NCBI GenBank assembly: GCA_043228905.1
Contig: JBHGNT010000012.1
Location: forward strand, 4,402,001-4,466,000
Source of the DNA: Azolla caroliniana
Lineage: Eukaryota; Plantae; Polypodiophyta
DNA: 64,000 nucleotides
Direction: 5' to 3'
Both the position numbers and the translations under genes were made by a program. Of this stretch, positions 1-12,150 are shown piece after piece. Numbering within the stretch: position 1 is the first letter of the stretch; each line of letters begins with the position of its first letter. Under the pieces are notes generated by a model. That model was not told the origin of the DNA and ran no database searches. It saw only the letters and a program-made list of their open reading frames with translations.

Positions 1-127
1 ACTAACCCACATAATTAGGGTTCCACATATTAGTTGTTAGAGATACACTAATACTAATCCATTGTTCTCGTAAATTTGAAGTATGAATTGTGGCGTACAC
101 TAGTTCTAATCCAAATTTAAATTGACA

Positions 128-1474
128 TCATATAATACAAACAATAGAATAGTAGAGCCACATACTGTACGGGTGTACTTTTAAACCCCAAGCATAGTAC
201 CACTCAGCCGCAATTGTAGTTTTACAGTCCATACATGTATTCTCTTTCTCAAAATGATACTTAGCACATAACACATGATATGTGTGCAAGCACAGTGTAA
301 TCACAACATCCATAGCCTCCAGCTTGAATCCGAGGCCACAAAATATACACCTAGCAGATTGCAAACACAAGTTATAATATATTAGCTAATATGATATTTA
401 TACCACAGAAGTAGAAATAAATAACTTTTAAAGCCAATACCGTGATATAGCTATACTAGTAATGGTACTTTCCATACCACTTGGGTGCTCAATTACAGAT
501 GGACACAAAGTTTCAAAACCTTTTTGTTTTAAATCCTGCATCAAGCACGCAAGGTTCTCGGAATGCAACTTTAAAGCTGACAACTTATTATCTATTTCGG
601 AATGTGCATTCCTGCAAGTATCAAGGTCTCTCATCTGTGAACCTAATTGAGTGCCCATATTGTTTAGCTCTTTCTTCAACTCCTCTTTCAACACCTCACT
701 TCTTGAATTTTGGATTGTCGATGCAATCCATTCATATGTAGTCTTTAATGAAGAGAATTTCTTTTCTGCCTGTATCTCAGCTGATTTAATTGCTTCCAAA
801 TCAACAAGTAGTGCTTGTATTCTTGAGCTCAAAGATGCTATGAAACTGGCCATCATCTGTTCATTCTTTTCAGTCATTGTGGCCCGTACCTTTGCAGATT
901 GAACTTGGTGGACAAGTGTTGTAGCCGGAATATCCACATGAGAGGTTCCCGATGACTTCAAGCCAGTGTTGGTACTGGAGGACCCTTTATAATGTTCTGA
1001 CCGGTGCCGATTAAAATCTTCCCAATCTACGTCGATGCCACCATGAACTTCACATGGAAATGCATGTGCAAAAACAATACCCACCTCATTGTTACAAATT
1101 TGATTTGTATCATAAACATATTCATATCTCGTCTTCAATAAGTTGACATATTCCCTCTTCAATCCACTTATGTGGAATCCTCGCCTTGTATCGGGATGTG
1201 CTGACCCCCAGGTTTTTATCAACCACTCTCTCAGCTCAGGATAAACTTCAGGTCGTGCTCGAAGGAAATAACTCCATCCGAGAGGTGTGTCTCGAATGAT
1301 GGAGTGGTACATCTTCTTTCTCTGTGTTGATGAATTCATCACCCTTTCTCTTGTGGGTGTCTTCTTGCTTTCTTTGAGAGGTGTCCTTTTCCCTTCCTTC
1401 ATTGGTGTCTTCACTTTCTCTTTCATCAATGTCTTCTTTATGGGTGTCCTTCTCATCATTGTTCTAGTCATCAA
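128..1474 (-). CDS. Spliced gene: basic T-P-x-K/R repeat N-terminus + coiled coil + C-terminal RING-H2 finger (putative E3 ligase; termini uncertain)
   Basis: ORF 428-1474 joins ORF 128-370 in frame via a GT-AG intron at 440..351 (..ISR|CIFC..). CIFC..CLHTYHVLC..CMDC fits C3H2C3 spacing. Heptad-rich central region. Confidence 0.6.
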
Positions 1475-1614
1475 TTCTCGTTGAATTAATATGCATGTAC
1501 TAGAATAAAACTCATCAAATTACCATCAACACATAGCAAGTAATCACATTGCATGTACAAGCCATGTCAAACACACAAAAACCCTAAATAGTCGGAAGAA
1601 AACTCATCCATGTT

Positions 1615-2217
1615 TGTTGGAAATCAACACTTCGATTCTCCTTCTTCACTCGGCCACAACCGAGTAAGCACGAATCAATGCAGCAGAAAATAGGAAACCA
1701 CAGAGAGAAACACAAATACGCAGGGATTAACGTGGAAAACCCTAAACGGGAAAAACCACGGGAGTACAAGACTCCAAACCACCACTATACACAGAGAAGT
1801 ATACAATGGCGAGCTGCAAGGCGACGACCTTGAGCTCGCTGTCCTCGCCACAGGCGGCGGAAAATACAAAGTGGCGTCGTCCTCTTCCTCTCTCACGCTC
1901 TATCTCTCTCTCTCTCTCTCTCACGGCTGCTCCCACTTCACTCCTCTAGAGTGGAAAAACAGAAAAATGATAAGCAACAACAAAACAGTTTGCCCTAAGT
2001 CATATTTATACATATATGACTTAGGGGCTAATTACAACTATAGCCTCAGGGGGCCCATAGCAAACATATTCATAGATATGTTCCTGCATTCGGATCTCGC
2101 TCCGGGTACATTCGTCATCCGGTTCCGAAACCGGGGTCTTCATCATCCGGTTCCGAAACCGGGGTATTCATCTTAGACATCCGACCATCCCATCCGAAAG
2201 GGACCGTAAACCCAACA
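1615..2217 (-). repeat. 3' LTR of copia A
   Basis: Near-identical to 6332-6934; PPT adjacent. Confidence 0.95.
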
Positions 2218-2227
2218 AACTCCCCCT

Positions 2228-5200
2228 TCACTTCGGCATGGGATGTCTCTCCAATCCGATCCTCTTCCGGCATGCTTCCAGCTTGTCGGGTGTGAGCACC
2301 TTGGTCAGCATATCCGACCCGTTCTCGTCCGTGTGGATCTTCGTCAGCACGAGCTCCTTGTCTTCTATCCTTTCCCGGATCCAGTGATATCTGCGCTGGA
2401 TGTGTTTCGTCCGGGAATGGTAGGCCGCGTTCTTTGCAAGGTGGATGGCGCTCTGACTATCGCAGTAGAGTCGGTACTCCTCCTGCCGGATCCCGAGCTC
2501 TCTAATGAAGTCCTTCATCCATATTATTTCCTTGCCGGCTTCAACAGCTGCCATGTACTCCGCCTCCGTGGTTGACAACGCAACCGTCTTCTGCAGCCTC
2601 GACTGCCATGAAACAGCTCCCCCTGCATACGTCATCACATACCCTGATGTGGACCGGCTGGTATCTGCATCAGCCGACATATCCGAATCGGTGAAGCCGT
2701 CGAGTTCGGGCTTACCGGAGCCGAATCGGAGGCACACGTTTGCCGTGCCCTTCAGGTATCGGAGTATCCACTTGGCCGCGTTCCAATGCTCTTTGCCGGG
2801 ATTGCTCATGTACCGGCTCACCACTCCGACTGCATATCCGATGTCCGGTCTCGTACACACCATGGCGTACATCAAGCTTCCGACGGCTGAGGCATACGGC
2901 ACTTTCATCATATCCTCCTTTTCAGCCTTTGTCTTGGGACTTTGCTTGCTGGACAGCTTGCAGTTTGCCGGGAGGGTCGATCCGACCGGTCTTGCTTCCG
3001 ACATGTTGAACCGGTGAAGCACCTTCGTCACGTACTTCTCCTGTGACAGCCACAACTGCTTCTTCTTCCGGTCCCGAATGATGTGCATCCCTAGTATTTG
3101 CCTCGCCGGACCCAGGTCCTTCATTGAGAAGGTTCGGTGAAGAGCCTTCTTCAGCATCCGTATCTTGACCTGGTCCCGTCCGACGATCAACATGTCGTCC
3201 ACGTACAGGAGGAGTATTAGAAAGTCTCCTCCTTCGAACTTCTTCACAAACACGCAGTGGTCGGACTGCGTTTTGAGGTACCCTTCGTCGGTCATGAAGG
3301 AGTCAAACTTCCGGTACCATTGCCGGGGAGCCTGCTTCAGTCCGTAAAGGCTCTTCTTCAACCGGCATACCAGGTGCTCCTTCCCTTTCTTCTCGAATCC
3401 TTCCGGTTGCTGCATGTAGATCTCTTCATCGAGGTCACCGTGAAGGAATGCCGTCTTCACGTCCATCTGTTCTACCTCGAAGTCCATGCTTGCCGCTATG
3501 CTCAGCACCGTCCGGATGGAGGTCATCTTCACTACCGGGGCAAATATCTCGTCGAAGTCGACGCCCTTCTTCTGCTGAAACCCCTTCACCACGATCCTGG
3601 CTTTGTATCTCGGGGGGTTTCCGGCATCTCCCGGTTTCAGCTTGAACACCCACTTGTTTCGAAGTGCCCGCTTTCCTTTCGGCAACTCCACAAGTTCATA
3701 TGTGTGGTTCTCATGCAGGGAATCCATCTCGTCCTGCATGGCACTCAACCACCTGTGGTTCTGGGTGTCATGCTTTGCTTCTTCAAAGCTCTCCGGCTCC
3801 CCCTCGTCGGTTAGCAGCACGTGCTTTGGTTCTGGAAATCTCCGGGGGGCCCTTCTCTCCCTTAGAGGATATCTCCGTTCGGGAGCTTCGGTAACCGGTT
3901 CTTCCGATTCTTCTTCATCCGAATCCATTTCGGGATCGGGGCCGGTTCCGGTATCATTTTCATCTTCTCCGGCCGGTTCTGTTTCTTCACCGTCTTCGGC
4001 CGGATCCTCGAGTGCTAACCGGTCCCTTGCCGGTCGGGACTGCTCCTCGTAGAGTTGATCCTCACCGGTCGACTTGGAGCTCTTCATCTTCTTCTCCGAT
4101 TCCCAGTCGGCGAGTGTTTTGTCCTCCATGAAGATGATGTCTCGACTCCTGAATATCTTCTTGTCGACCGGGTCCCATACTCGGTAGCCGAACTCGTCGT
4201 CGCCGTAACCGAGGAATATGCATGGCCGGGTCTTTGGATCTAGCTTTCCTCTCCGGTCCTTTGCCACATGCACGTATGTGAGACACCCGAACACCTTCAG
4301 ATGCCGGTAGGATACTTCCTTACCGGTCCACACTTTCTGCGGCGTGTCTCCGTCCAAAGGTACTGAGGGTGATCTGTTTATCACGTATGTCGCCGTCGAC
4401 ATTGCCTCAGCCCAAAACCCCTTGGGTAATTTCGCATGTGCCAGCATACTCCGGACCCTCTCCATTATGGTCCGGTTCATCCTCTCGGCCAACCCGTTCA
4501 GTTCCGGCGTCTTCGGCACAGTAAACTCGAGTCGGATTCCCTTCGAGCGACAGTACTCCTGGAACTGCCCCCGGTATTCCCCTCCGTTATCCGCTCGTAT
4601 CGCTTTCAGCTTCTTGCCGGATTCCCTTTCCACTCTCGCGTGGAGTTCTTTGAAGACGCACAACACTTGGTCCTTTGTCTTCAACGGTGCCGTCCACAGC
4701 TTCCGGCTGTGATCATCAATGAATGTTGCGAAGTACTGGGCTCCGCCATGTGACTTCGTTTCTACCTGACACACATCAGTGTGCACCAACTCCAACGGTG
4801 CGCTACGTCTCGTCGGTGGCCTTGAATGGAAGGAGGTTCGGTTCTGCTTACCGGCCAGGCAATCGGTGCACTTCTCCAGGTGCACTTGCTTCACTGGAAT
4901 AAGGTTGTCTTCTGCAAGCCTCTTCATCCCCTTCTCACTCATGTGGCACAGTCTTTTGTGCCACAGCTCACCGGCAGTGTCGGCTGCCACATTCAGCTCT
5001 TCCGGACATAACCGGGCATTCATCAGGTACAGTGTGTTGTCTTTCCGGGCCCGAGCCACTATCAGGCTCCCCTTGCTGAACTTCATTACGCCATTCCGGA
5101 TGCTACCTGTGTAGCCTTCATCGTCTAGCCTCCCGGCCGAAATCAGGTTCAATCGAACCTCCGGAACGTGTCGAACATCCTTCAGCAGCATTTTGCATCC

Positions 5201-6301
5201 GGTCGGGGTTGTCAACCACACGTCTCCTATGCCGGCAATCCGGCACGTACCTTCATTTCCCATCCGAACACAGCCATGCTCACCGGCTGTGTAGGATGAG
5301 AAGTATCTTCTCTCCGGGGTCAGGTGGAACGATGCTCCGGAATCGACCACCCAGGTCGTCTCATCGCCGGCAATGTTTAGTTCACCTTCTTCGGTGATGA
5401 GCATGATTTCTTCCTCACTTGCCGCGAGTGCCGTTGTTCCTTTCCGGTCCTGCCCTCGCCGATCCGAACCTCTCCGGTCCGTGGCTCCCCGGTATGCACC
5501 GTTTCTCTCCGGTGACTTCTTCGAATCGGTGTCGTCGGCTCCGTTGTCTTTTCGGTAATGCCGACAATTCTTTCGGAAGTGCCCCGGCTTCCCACAGTGG
5601 AAGCATGTGGGCCTTCCTCTTGACTGCGACCGGGTCCCCAACTTCTCCCGTCTTTGCGGACTCCGGTTCCATTGTCTTCCCCGATCCGATTCGGTAAGCA
5701 ACGCCTTCGAGTCGGAGGCCGGTTCTTTATCTCTCCGACGCGCTTCTTCATTCAAAATACTTGTCTTTACCGTTTGTAAGGACAAGTTATCTTCGGTGCA
5801 GGAGGTGTTGAGAGTCACCACCAAGTTCTCCCAGCTTTCCGGCAATGTACACATCAGGATGATGGCTTGCATTGCATCCTCCAACGGGAACTTGATCGCC
5901 GCAAGCTGATTCACGAATCCCATGAACGTGCTTACGTGTTCCACCATACTCTCGCCGTCACGGTACTTGAGATTCACTATCTTCCTCATCAGGGAGGTCC
6001 GGTTCAACGCATTCTTCCTCTCATAGAGGCCCGACAGCTTCCGCCACATCTCATATGCGTTGGTGTCATTCGCCACATGTTGTAGGACGCTTACATCAAC
6101 ATATTGTCGGATCGTCGCTACGGCTTTCCGGTTCAGGAGCTTCCATTCCGACTCAAGTACTCCCTTCGGTATTTCCGACCTGTCAATCGGTTCGTACAGG
6201 TCCCGAACAATCAGAAGATCCTCCATCTTGATCTTCCAGTCGGCGTAATTCTGCGCGTTCAGCACCATCATTCCCGGCTGCCCGCTGCCGCCGCCTTCCA
6301 T
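2228..6301 (-). CDS. Copia Gag-Pol polyprotein, 1357 aa (Gag, Zn knuckle, PR, INT, RT, RNase H)
   Basis: Motifs CFHCGKPGHFRKNC, WVVDSGAS, LWHKRLCH, LVHTD..DNGGEY..NGLAERMNR, LLLYVDD, TEAEY..CDSQSA..KHI in copia order. Confidence 0.97.
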   Translation of the reverse strand: MEGGGSGQPGMMVLNAQNYADWKIKMEDLLIVRDLYEPIDRSEIPKGVLESEWKLLNRKAVATIRQYVDVSVLQHVANDTNAYEMWRKLSGLYERKNALNRTSLMRKIVNLKYRDGESMVEHVSTFMGFVNQLAAIKFPLEDAMQAIILMCTLPESWENLVVTLNTSCTEDNLSLQTVKTSILNEEARRRDKEPASDSKALLTESDRGRQWNRSPQRREKLGTRSQSRGRPTCFHCGKPGHFRKNCRHYRKDNGADDTDSKKSPERNGAYRGATDRRGSDRRGQDRKGTTALAASEEEIMLITEEGELNIAGDETTWVVDSGASFHLTPERRYFSSYTAGEHGCVRMGNEGTCRIAGIGDVWLTTPTGCKMLLKDVRHVPEVRLNLISAGRLDDEGYTGSIRNGVMKFSKGSLIVARARKDNTLYLMNARLCPEELNVAADTAGELWHKRLCHMSEKGMKRLAEDNLIPVKQVHLEKCTDCLAGKQNRTSFHSRPPTRRSAPLELVHTDVCQVETKSHGGAQYFATFIDDHSRKLWTAPLKTKDQVLCVFKELHARVERESGKKLKAIRADNGGEYRGQFQEYCRSKGIRLEFTVPKTPELNGLAERMNRTIMERVRSMLAHAKLPKGFWAEAMSTATYVINRSPSVPLDGDTPQKVWTGKEVSYRHLKVFGCLTYVHVAKDRRGKLDPKTRPCIFLGYGDDEFGYRVWDPVDKKIFRSRDIIFMEDKTLADWESEKKMKSSKSTGEDQLYEEQSRPARDRLALEDPAEDGEETEPAGEDENDTGTGPDPEMDSDEEESEEPVTEAPERRYPLRERRAPRRFPEPKHVLLTDEGEPESFEEAKHDTQNHRWLSAMQDEMDSLHENHTYELVELPKGKRALRNKWVFKLKPGDAGNPPRYKARIVVKGFQQKKGVDFDEIFAPVVKMTSIRTVLSIAASMDFEVEQMDVKTAFLHGDLDEEIYMQQPEGFEKKGKEHLVCRLKKSLYGLKQAPRQWYRKFDSFMTDEGYLKTQSDHCVFVKKFEGGDFLILLLYVDDMLIVGRDQVKIRMLKKALHRTFSMKDLGPARQILGMHIIRDRKKKQLWLSQEKYVTKVLHRFNMSEARPVGSTLPANCKLSSKQSPKTKAEKEDMMKVPYASAVGSLMYAMVCTRPDIGYAVGVVSRYMSNPGKEHWNAAKWILRYLKGTANVCLRFGSGKPELDGFTDSDMSADADTSRSTSGYVMTYAGGAVSWQSRLQKTVALSTTEAEYMAAVEAGKEIIWMKDFIRELGIRQEEYRLYCDSQSAIHLAKNAAYHSRTKHIQRRYHWIRERIEDKELVLTKIHTDENGSDMLTKVLTPDKLEACRKRIGLERHPMPK

Positions 6302-6331
6302 TTTCTGCAGCAGTTCGCTCTGATACCAGTT

Positions 6332-6934
6332 TGTTGGAAATCAACACTTCAATTCTCCTTCTTCACTCGGCCACAACCGAGTAAGCACGAATCAATGCAG
6401 CAGAAAATAGGAAACCACAGAGAGAAACACAAATACGCAGGGATTAACGTGGAAAACCCTAAACGGGAAAAACCACGGGAGTACAAGACTCCAAACCACC
6501 ACTATACACAGAGAAGTATACAATGGCGAGCTGCAAGGCGACGACCTTGAGCTCGCTGTCCTCGCCACAGGCGGCGGAAAATACAAAGTGGCGTCGTCCT
6601 CTTCCTCTCTCACGCTCTATCTCTCTCTCTCTCTCTCTCACGGCTGCTCCCACTTCACTCCTCTAGAGTGGAAAAACAGAAAAATGATAAGCAACAACAA
6701 AACAGTTTGCCCTAAGTCATATTTATACATATATGACTTAGGGGCTAATTACAACTATAGCCTCAGGGGGCCCATAGCAAACATATTCATAGATATGTTC
6801 CTGCATTCGGATCTCGCTCCGGGTACATTCGTCATCCGGTTCCGAAACCGGGGTCTTCATCATCCGGTTCCGAAACCGGGGTATTCATCTTAGACATCCG
6901 ACCATCCCATCCGAAAGGGACCGTAAACCCAACA
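6332..6934 (-). repeat. 5' LTR of copia A
   Basis: Followed on the minus strand by the iMet PBS. Confidence 0.95.
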
Positions 6935-7256
6935 GTCTAACACATACAAATTAAAAACAGACAGACAAGAAACACAGAGAAAACGAAAACATAGCAACTC
7001 ATCATAGCCAACTCCATCTAAGTTGCATGTACAAACCATGTCAAACACACAACAACCCTAAACAGTTGGAAGAAAACTCGTCCATGTCAAACACATACAA
7101 ATTAAAAACAGACAGACAAGAAACACAAAGAAAATGAAAACATACCAGTTGGGCATGCAACACATAAACTATGAATAATCAAAACCTAAAAATGCCCATA
7201 CACATACAAATTAAAAAACAGACGGACAGGAAACAAAGAGAAAACGATAACATACC
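6935..7256. repeat. About 150-bp imperfect flanking tandem repeat split by copia A (other part at about 1538-1614)
   Basis: gcatgtacaa..ccatgtcaaacacac..ggaagaaaactc..tccatgt recurs at 1551-1613 and 7024-7087; cacatacaaattaaaaa recurs three times. Confidence 0.65.
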
Positions 7257-7689
7257 AATTGGAGGCAGATGGAGCCAAGGTTGAAGGCAGAGGTACCACA
7301 CCTTCGGAGCACACCAAGTCTTCAAAATCACCTATATGCAAGAGGTTGTTGACGAGGCTGCTGCAGAGGAGACAAACGAGCATTAACACAGGAGACAAAC
7401 GAGCATACACAAGGAAAGAAAATCAACAACAAGAACATCAATCCGGGGAAACAGAAATCTCAGCATATACAGAAACAGAGATCGAACCTGGCACAGAGGG
7501 GAACACAACAACTACTACGCGGGGTAACAGAGAATCGAAGGTGGAGTGAGAGAGAGAAACAGAAAGAAAGAAAGAAACAGAGATTCAAAGGTGGAGTGAG
7601 AGAAAGAAAGAGAGAGATAGGTAATAGATATGTGTCGTCTTTCTAACTTTCTGCCTCTGTCTGTCTGACAACTTCGAGACAGAAGAGAG

Positions 7690-10600
7690 AGATAGATAGA
7701 TAGATAGATAGATTATATTATCGTCTTCGGAGGTCAAATATGACCTATCAGACCAAAAATATTACATTTCACGTGATATGTGTGAAAGTGAGTAGTGACT
7801 CTCGATGTTCAAGAACTTTACCAATGAATGTTGCAATCGAGAGTGCACATTGTGGTTGTGAGAGGAATTCATGCAAAGATTGGGCTCGATCGAAGAGATG
7901 TGTAAAGCATGGTCGAATATGATCAAAGGCAGAGCATTGTATCAAAGTGTGATACTCAGACTCGCGAACTTGTTTAGGGCAAAGTGTGCATTGCCGACCA
8001 CTCTCATCACTTGTACCCCAACGCCCTGTTTCACATCGCAATGCATGTGAGTTAAGTCGCATGGAAGCAATGGTTTGAATGGAAGATAACGGTATGGGCT
8101 CTAACATGTATGGATGTGTACGATTTCCCCGTTCCGCGAAGAATATGGTTTTGTAGTTAGGTGCAACATGTGTAGTATAATGTGTGAAGCGTGAGCCTCC
8201 ACATTTGTCCCATGTCATGATACATTGGCGTTGCAAAAATGCCTCATTTACAGAGGAATCTAATGATGCATCATGAAGCAAGTGTCTCGCATCCCATCTA
8301 CCAAACCATTTTTCTATATCTTGCATCCAACTGGAACACAAAATTTTGCTTTTATGCTTCTTTTGGATCTTTTTGCTTGCTTCCCACGCAATTCTAGGAA
8401 GTCGATGTGAGGGACTTTTTTGAACCTTAAGCATGTATTCAACAACCCTTTCCATGGCCATGATCTCAATGGGAAGCGATCCCGTCTCAAGGAGGAGGAG
8501 GGTGTAGGGCGTTTGTTTCTTAACTTGTAGAAACTTGGTAAGAAAATGCTTTTGGACATTTTCAAACTCTTTCCACATAGATTTAGGGATGCTATCGCCC
8601 CATACTTCCACCCCATAGAGAAGAACCGGTGTGACCAAAGTGTCGAAAAGATATTTCTTGAGGACCCAACACTTAATATCTCCAAGATTGCATGTGTTCT
8701 CAAATGCATAGTATGCTCGCTTGCCCGCCTCTAAGCGGCGTGTAGCACATTCATTCCATCTATGATTTGAAGGAACTTCAAGGCCAAGATATTTGAAGCT
8801 TTCCACACATTCAAGTGGCTCATTGTTGTACATAATGCATGGTTTATCTCTTTTTTGGCTCTTCACAAGTATAATCTTTGTTTTAGAGCTATTGACACTT
8901 AATTTAGTATGCATGCAAATTTTTTCAATGCCTTCATAAGCTTTTGTGCATCTCCTAAAGTATTTGCAAAAAGCACTACATCATCTGCATATAGCAAAAG
9001 CATAATCACAACATTCCCAATGGCAACATCTTCAACACATTCTTCCTTTGCAAACTTGGTAACCATTTCTTCCAATTCATCAATGCATAGACCAAATAGT
9101 GTTGGTGAGAGTGGGCATCCTTGCTTAACACCAATAGTGCTTTTGAAAAAATCTGAAAGTTTATCTCTCATGCGCACACAACATATAACCTTCTCATAAA
9201 TTCGGGAAATTGCAAGCATATATTCACTTGGCACCTCAAGTTCTTCCATTCGCCTCCAAAGATGCTCACGAGGTACCATATCAAAAGCTTTATTGAAGTC
9301 TACAAAGCAACAATATAAACCTTTACCTCTAAGGCGACTTTCCTCCGTTAATACTCGAAGGGTGATAAGGTGATCAATGGTGCTATGGTGTTTCCGAAAG
9401 CCAGCTTGTCCATAAGCTCTCTTACCACTTTTTTTAGCCCATACACTTATCTTTGATTCCATTATACATCCAAATAGTTTTGCCATTAATGAGCCAACCA
9501 TGATGGTTCGATAGTTGTTTACATTATTTATATCTCCACCTTTATGTAAAGGTTTGATCCAATTTGTAGTCCAATCGTACGGCATACCATGTTGCAATGC
9601 ATCATTAAACATATCGCTTATCCATATATGTGCTTCCTTTCCCGTCCATTTGAGCATTTCAGCCTTTATACATTGAAGATCGCTTGCCTTTCGAGAGGCT
9701 AATTTCTTAAGTCCTATGCATATATCTTCAATTGTAAAGAAGGGAGGCATATGTGAAAGAGAACCAAAACACATCATCTTTCCAGCAAAAGATAACTCAT
9801 ATAAATTCTGACAATGCATACACAAGTCGTGAAGAGTTAAGTCACCATAACTCTCAACACGTTTCCCTTTAGATTTCCCCAAAATTTAGCACATGCATGT
9901 GCTTTCTCTTGCGTTTAGATAAATTGTTGAGTAACTTCCCATATTCTTCTCTTTCTTTGAATAAGCCTTTTATACTCATGCAAATGCTTTTGGTAATTCT
10001 CTTTATCCTTAACTACATCCAAAACCATAAGGCACTTTCGAGCTTCATGACATTCTTTATCAAACCATTTTTTCCTAAGTTTCTTGGTGCATTTCCAAGA
10101 TGTGCGGTGTCGCGTTGTCACGCGCGTGTGTGGAGAAACGAGGCGGGACCACCGGGGTCTTGAACCAAAGAGCAGGTGATAGAAGGGGAAAGAGAAAGAG
10201 AGAGACGCCCGGTCACGTACGAGCAAAGAAACACAGGGGCACGGCCCGTCAACACAGAAGACGCGAAGGGAAGAGAGACCGGGAGACACAAGTGTTTGTA
10301 TATTAACGAATAACAGATACACGACAGAACACGCGAGCGGTTACAACCGAACAGGCCGGTGAACAGATGCCGATGCCTGTTCATTTGCACACGAAAGGAG
10401 AAAAGGGTGGAGGTGCTACCAGAAGCACACGGGCGTTCCTCGAAGCAACGCGAGCCTCCCGAAAACCTGCAGAGAAGAGCGATGGAAACGAACAGAGGAG
10501 AAGCGTTCGGTTATGGTCCGACAACACTTCGTCCTCCTCAATGCGCGATCCCTTCTCCCTGCGTCTCCCTCTCCTTTATAGCTTCAAGAAGGGAGCCGTC

Positions 10601-11496
10601 TCCCTCATTTACTTCCTACCTACCGAATCTAACTACCCGGATATGCCTTCGTACTTAATTCCCTATTATATACATTAAGGGCGCGCATACGTGAAGAGCT
10701 GGTTCACGCGCGCTATGCACCGATTACGCCAAGGGACGGTTTTCTTCACGACAGCGGTTGGTCGAAAAACATTTGTTTGTACATGAGAGAATGACTTTCT
10801 TGAAAGCTTCCCATTTGCATTCTAGTGTGGCACCATGTTGTATCTTTGTCATTTGTAACATATCCTCAACCATCTTGGAATACATGGGTGCTCGCTTAAG
10901 GTTCATGCTCAAGTGCGGTTGTTTATTATCTTCAATAACCTTCTCACAATCAAACCTATGCATACATTTGAGATCAATACATAAAGGCCAATGATAAGAT
11001 TCCGGTGTCCATTCACCAAGTGAGAATTTATGTATACGATCCAAAATACCTTCGGAAAGTAGCACTTAGTCAATCACACTATTTCCATTGTGTTTTCTAC
11101 ATGTAAAACCATTAGTGTTGGGCCATAAGTAAATACCATTTGCAATAAGCAATCCAGTACTATTGCACATTTGTAGGATGCAAGAGGATCTTTTTCATCG
11201 CTAGAAGAGCGGTTATACATTTGCATATCCTCTTGCATCCTTGAGATATGTGGCATGAAATATTCTTGTGAATCAAGTTGGAAACTTCTTGTACGAGCAT
11301 TCATTTCACCAAAGACAATAACTTCCCCTTTGGATTTGAAATAAGCAATATCATCTTCTAGATTGGCAAACGGTTGATCTTTATCCAAACAAGCATAAAA
11401 GTTAGAATCTTGATGAGGAATGTAACATCCAACTACAAAAGTGGGCAAATCGTTAGGTGTTTCTATTTTGAGCCATATGTAACATTTATTTTCATC

Positions 11497-11497
<1 letters not shown>
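7690..11497 (-). mobile_element. Decayed non-LTR retrotransposon (APE-RT LINE, non-L1; RTE-X/L2-like), 5' part lost or interrupted
   Basis: APE remnants (CYIP, FGEMNART, DY..SYHWPL) at 10760-11497. RT (QAGFR, FVDFNKAFD, GVKQGCPLSP, LLYADD) at 8899-9882, frameshifted into 7769-8914 (YLG, RCETGRW..CTLC..EYH..C). 3' hairpin and (TATC)n tail at 7690-7746. Confidence 0.9.
10108..10753. mobile_element. Solo LTR inserted in the LINE, 4-bp TSD GCGG
   Basis: TGTCG..CGACA ends; GCGG at 10104-10107 and 10754-10757. Removal restores the LINE frame (FSTNRTSWKC). Confidence 0.85.
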
Positions 11498-11545
<48 letters not shown>

Positions 11546-12150
11546 ACACACAGACGGTACGCAAGAGAGACAGAGAAAGAGCAGAACAACTCAAATCTGT
11601 TATTGACAACTCTATAAAATTCTCTATGTATACAACATGCTCAACAACACTATTTATACAAGTCCTAAGAGGACTGACAAAAGTGCGGTGTATTTCAATG
11701 CTCACACGAGCGTTAGACACTAACTACGAGACATTAACTACCTAGTAGTCTAGGCTGTTACTAGGCTTCTGGTTACTGCTTGATCCGGCTAACCGGCTCC
11801 CCAGTTCACCGGCTCGCTTGCTCACCGGGTCACTGATCCGGCTCAAGCTTATTTAACCGATCTGGATTTGGTTGAGCTTGCCACTCAATAGACCACTATC
11901 TGCTCAAACTCCACCTGCTTCGGAGTACCGTCCACTTCTATCGGAGTATAATCCGGTTCTTCCTGATTTACCTTATTCAACATGCCAGCAAATTCATCAA
12001 AGGTAACATCTCTACTGATAATTGTTTTCTTTGCCTCAAGACACAACAACCGATATCCCTTCACTCTAGCATTGAAGCCCATGAAAAGAGCCTTCTTTGG
12101 TGATGGATCCAACTTTGACTCAGTCACATGATAATATGCAACTGAGGTGT
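11498..12150 (-). mobile_element. LTR-like segment starting TG(AG)n plus copia integrase C-terminal fragment
   Basis: YYHVTESKLDP..GYRL..IISRDVTFDE at 11885-12150; LTR boundaries uncertain. Confidence 0.55.

Larger units (their letters stand above)
1615..6934 (-). mobile_element. Intact, very young Ty1/copia LTR retrotransposon (TNT1-like; copia A)
   Basis: 603-bp TG..CA LTRs at 1615-2217 and 6332-6934 with one difference seen (1634 vs 6351). tRNA-iMet PBS TGGTATCAGAGC at 6328-6317, PPT at about 2218-2234, single uninterrupted ORF. Confidence 0.97.

Noticed and set aside
2243-6550. Many plus-strand and alternate-frame ORFs over copia A (and likewise copia D)
   Set aside because: Shadow ORFs of GC-rich retroelement coding sequence with no recognisable motifs.
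7186-7549. Possible upstream exons of the RING gene
   Set aside because: Splice-like sites exist but no frame-consistent link to the 1474 ORF could be established.
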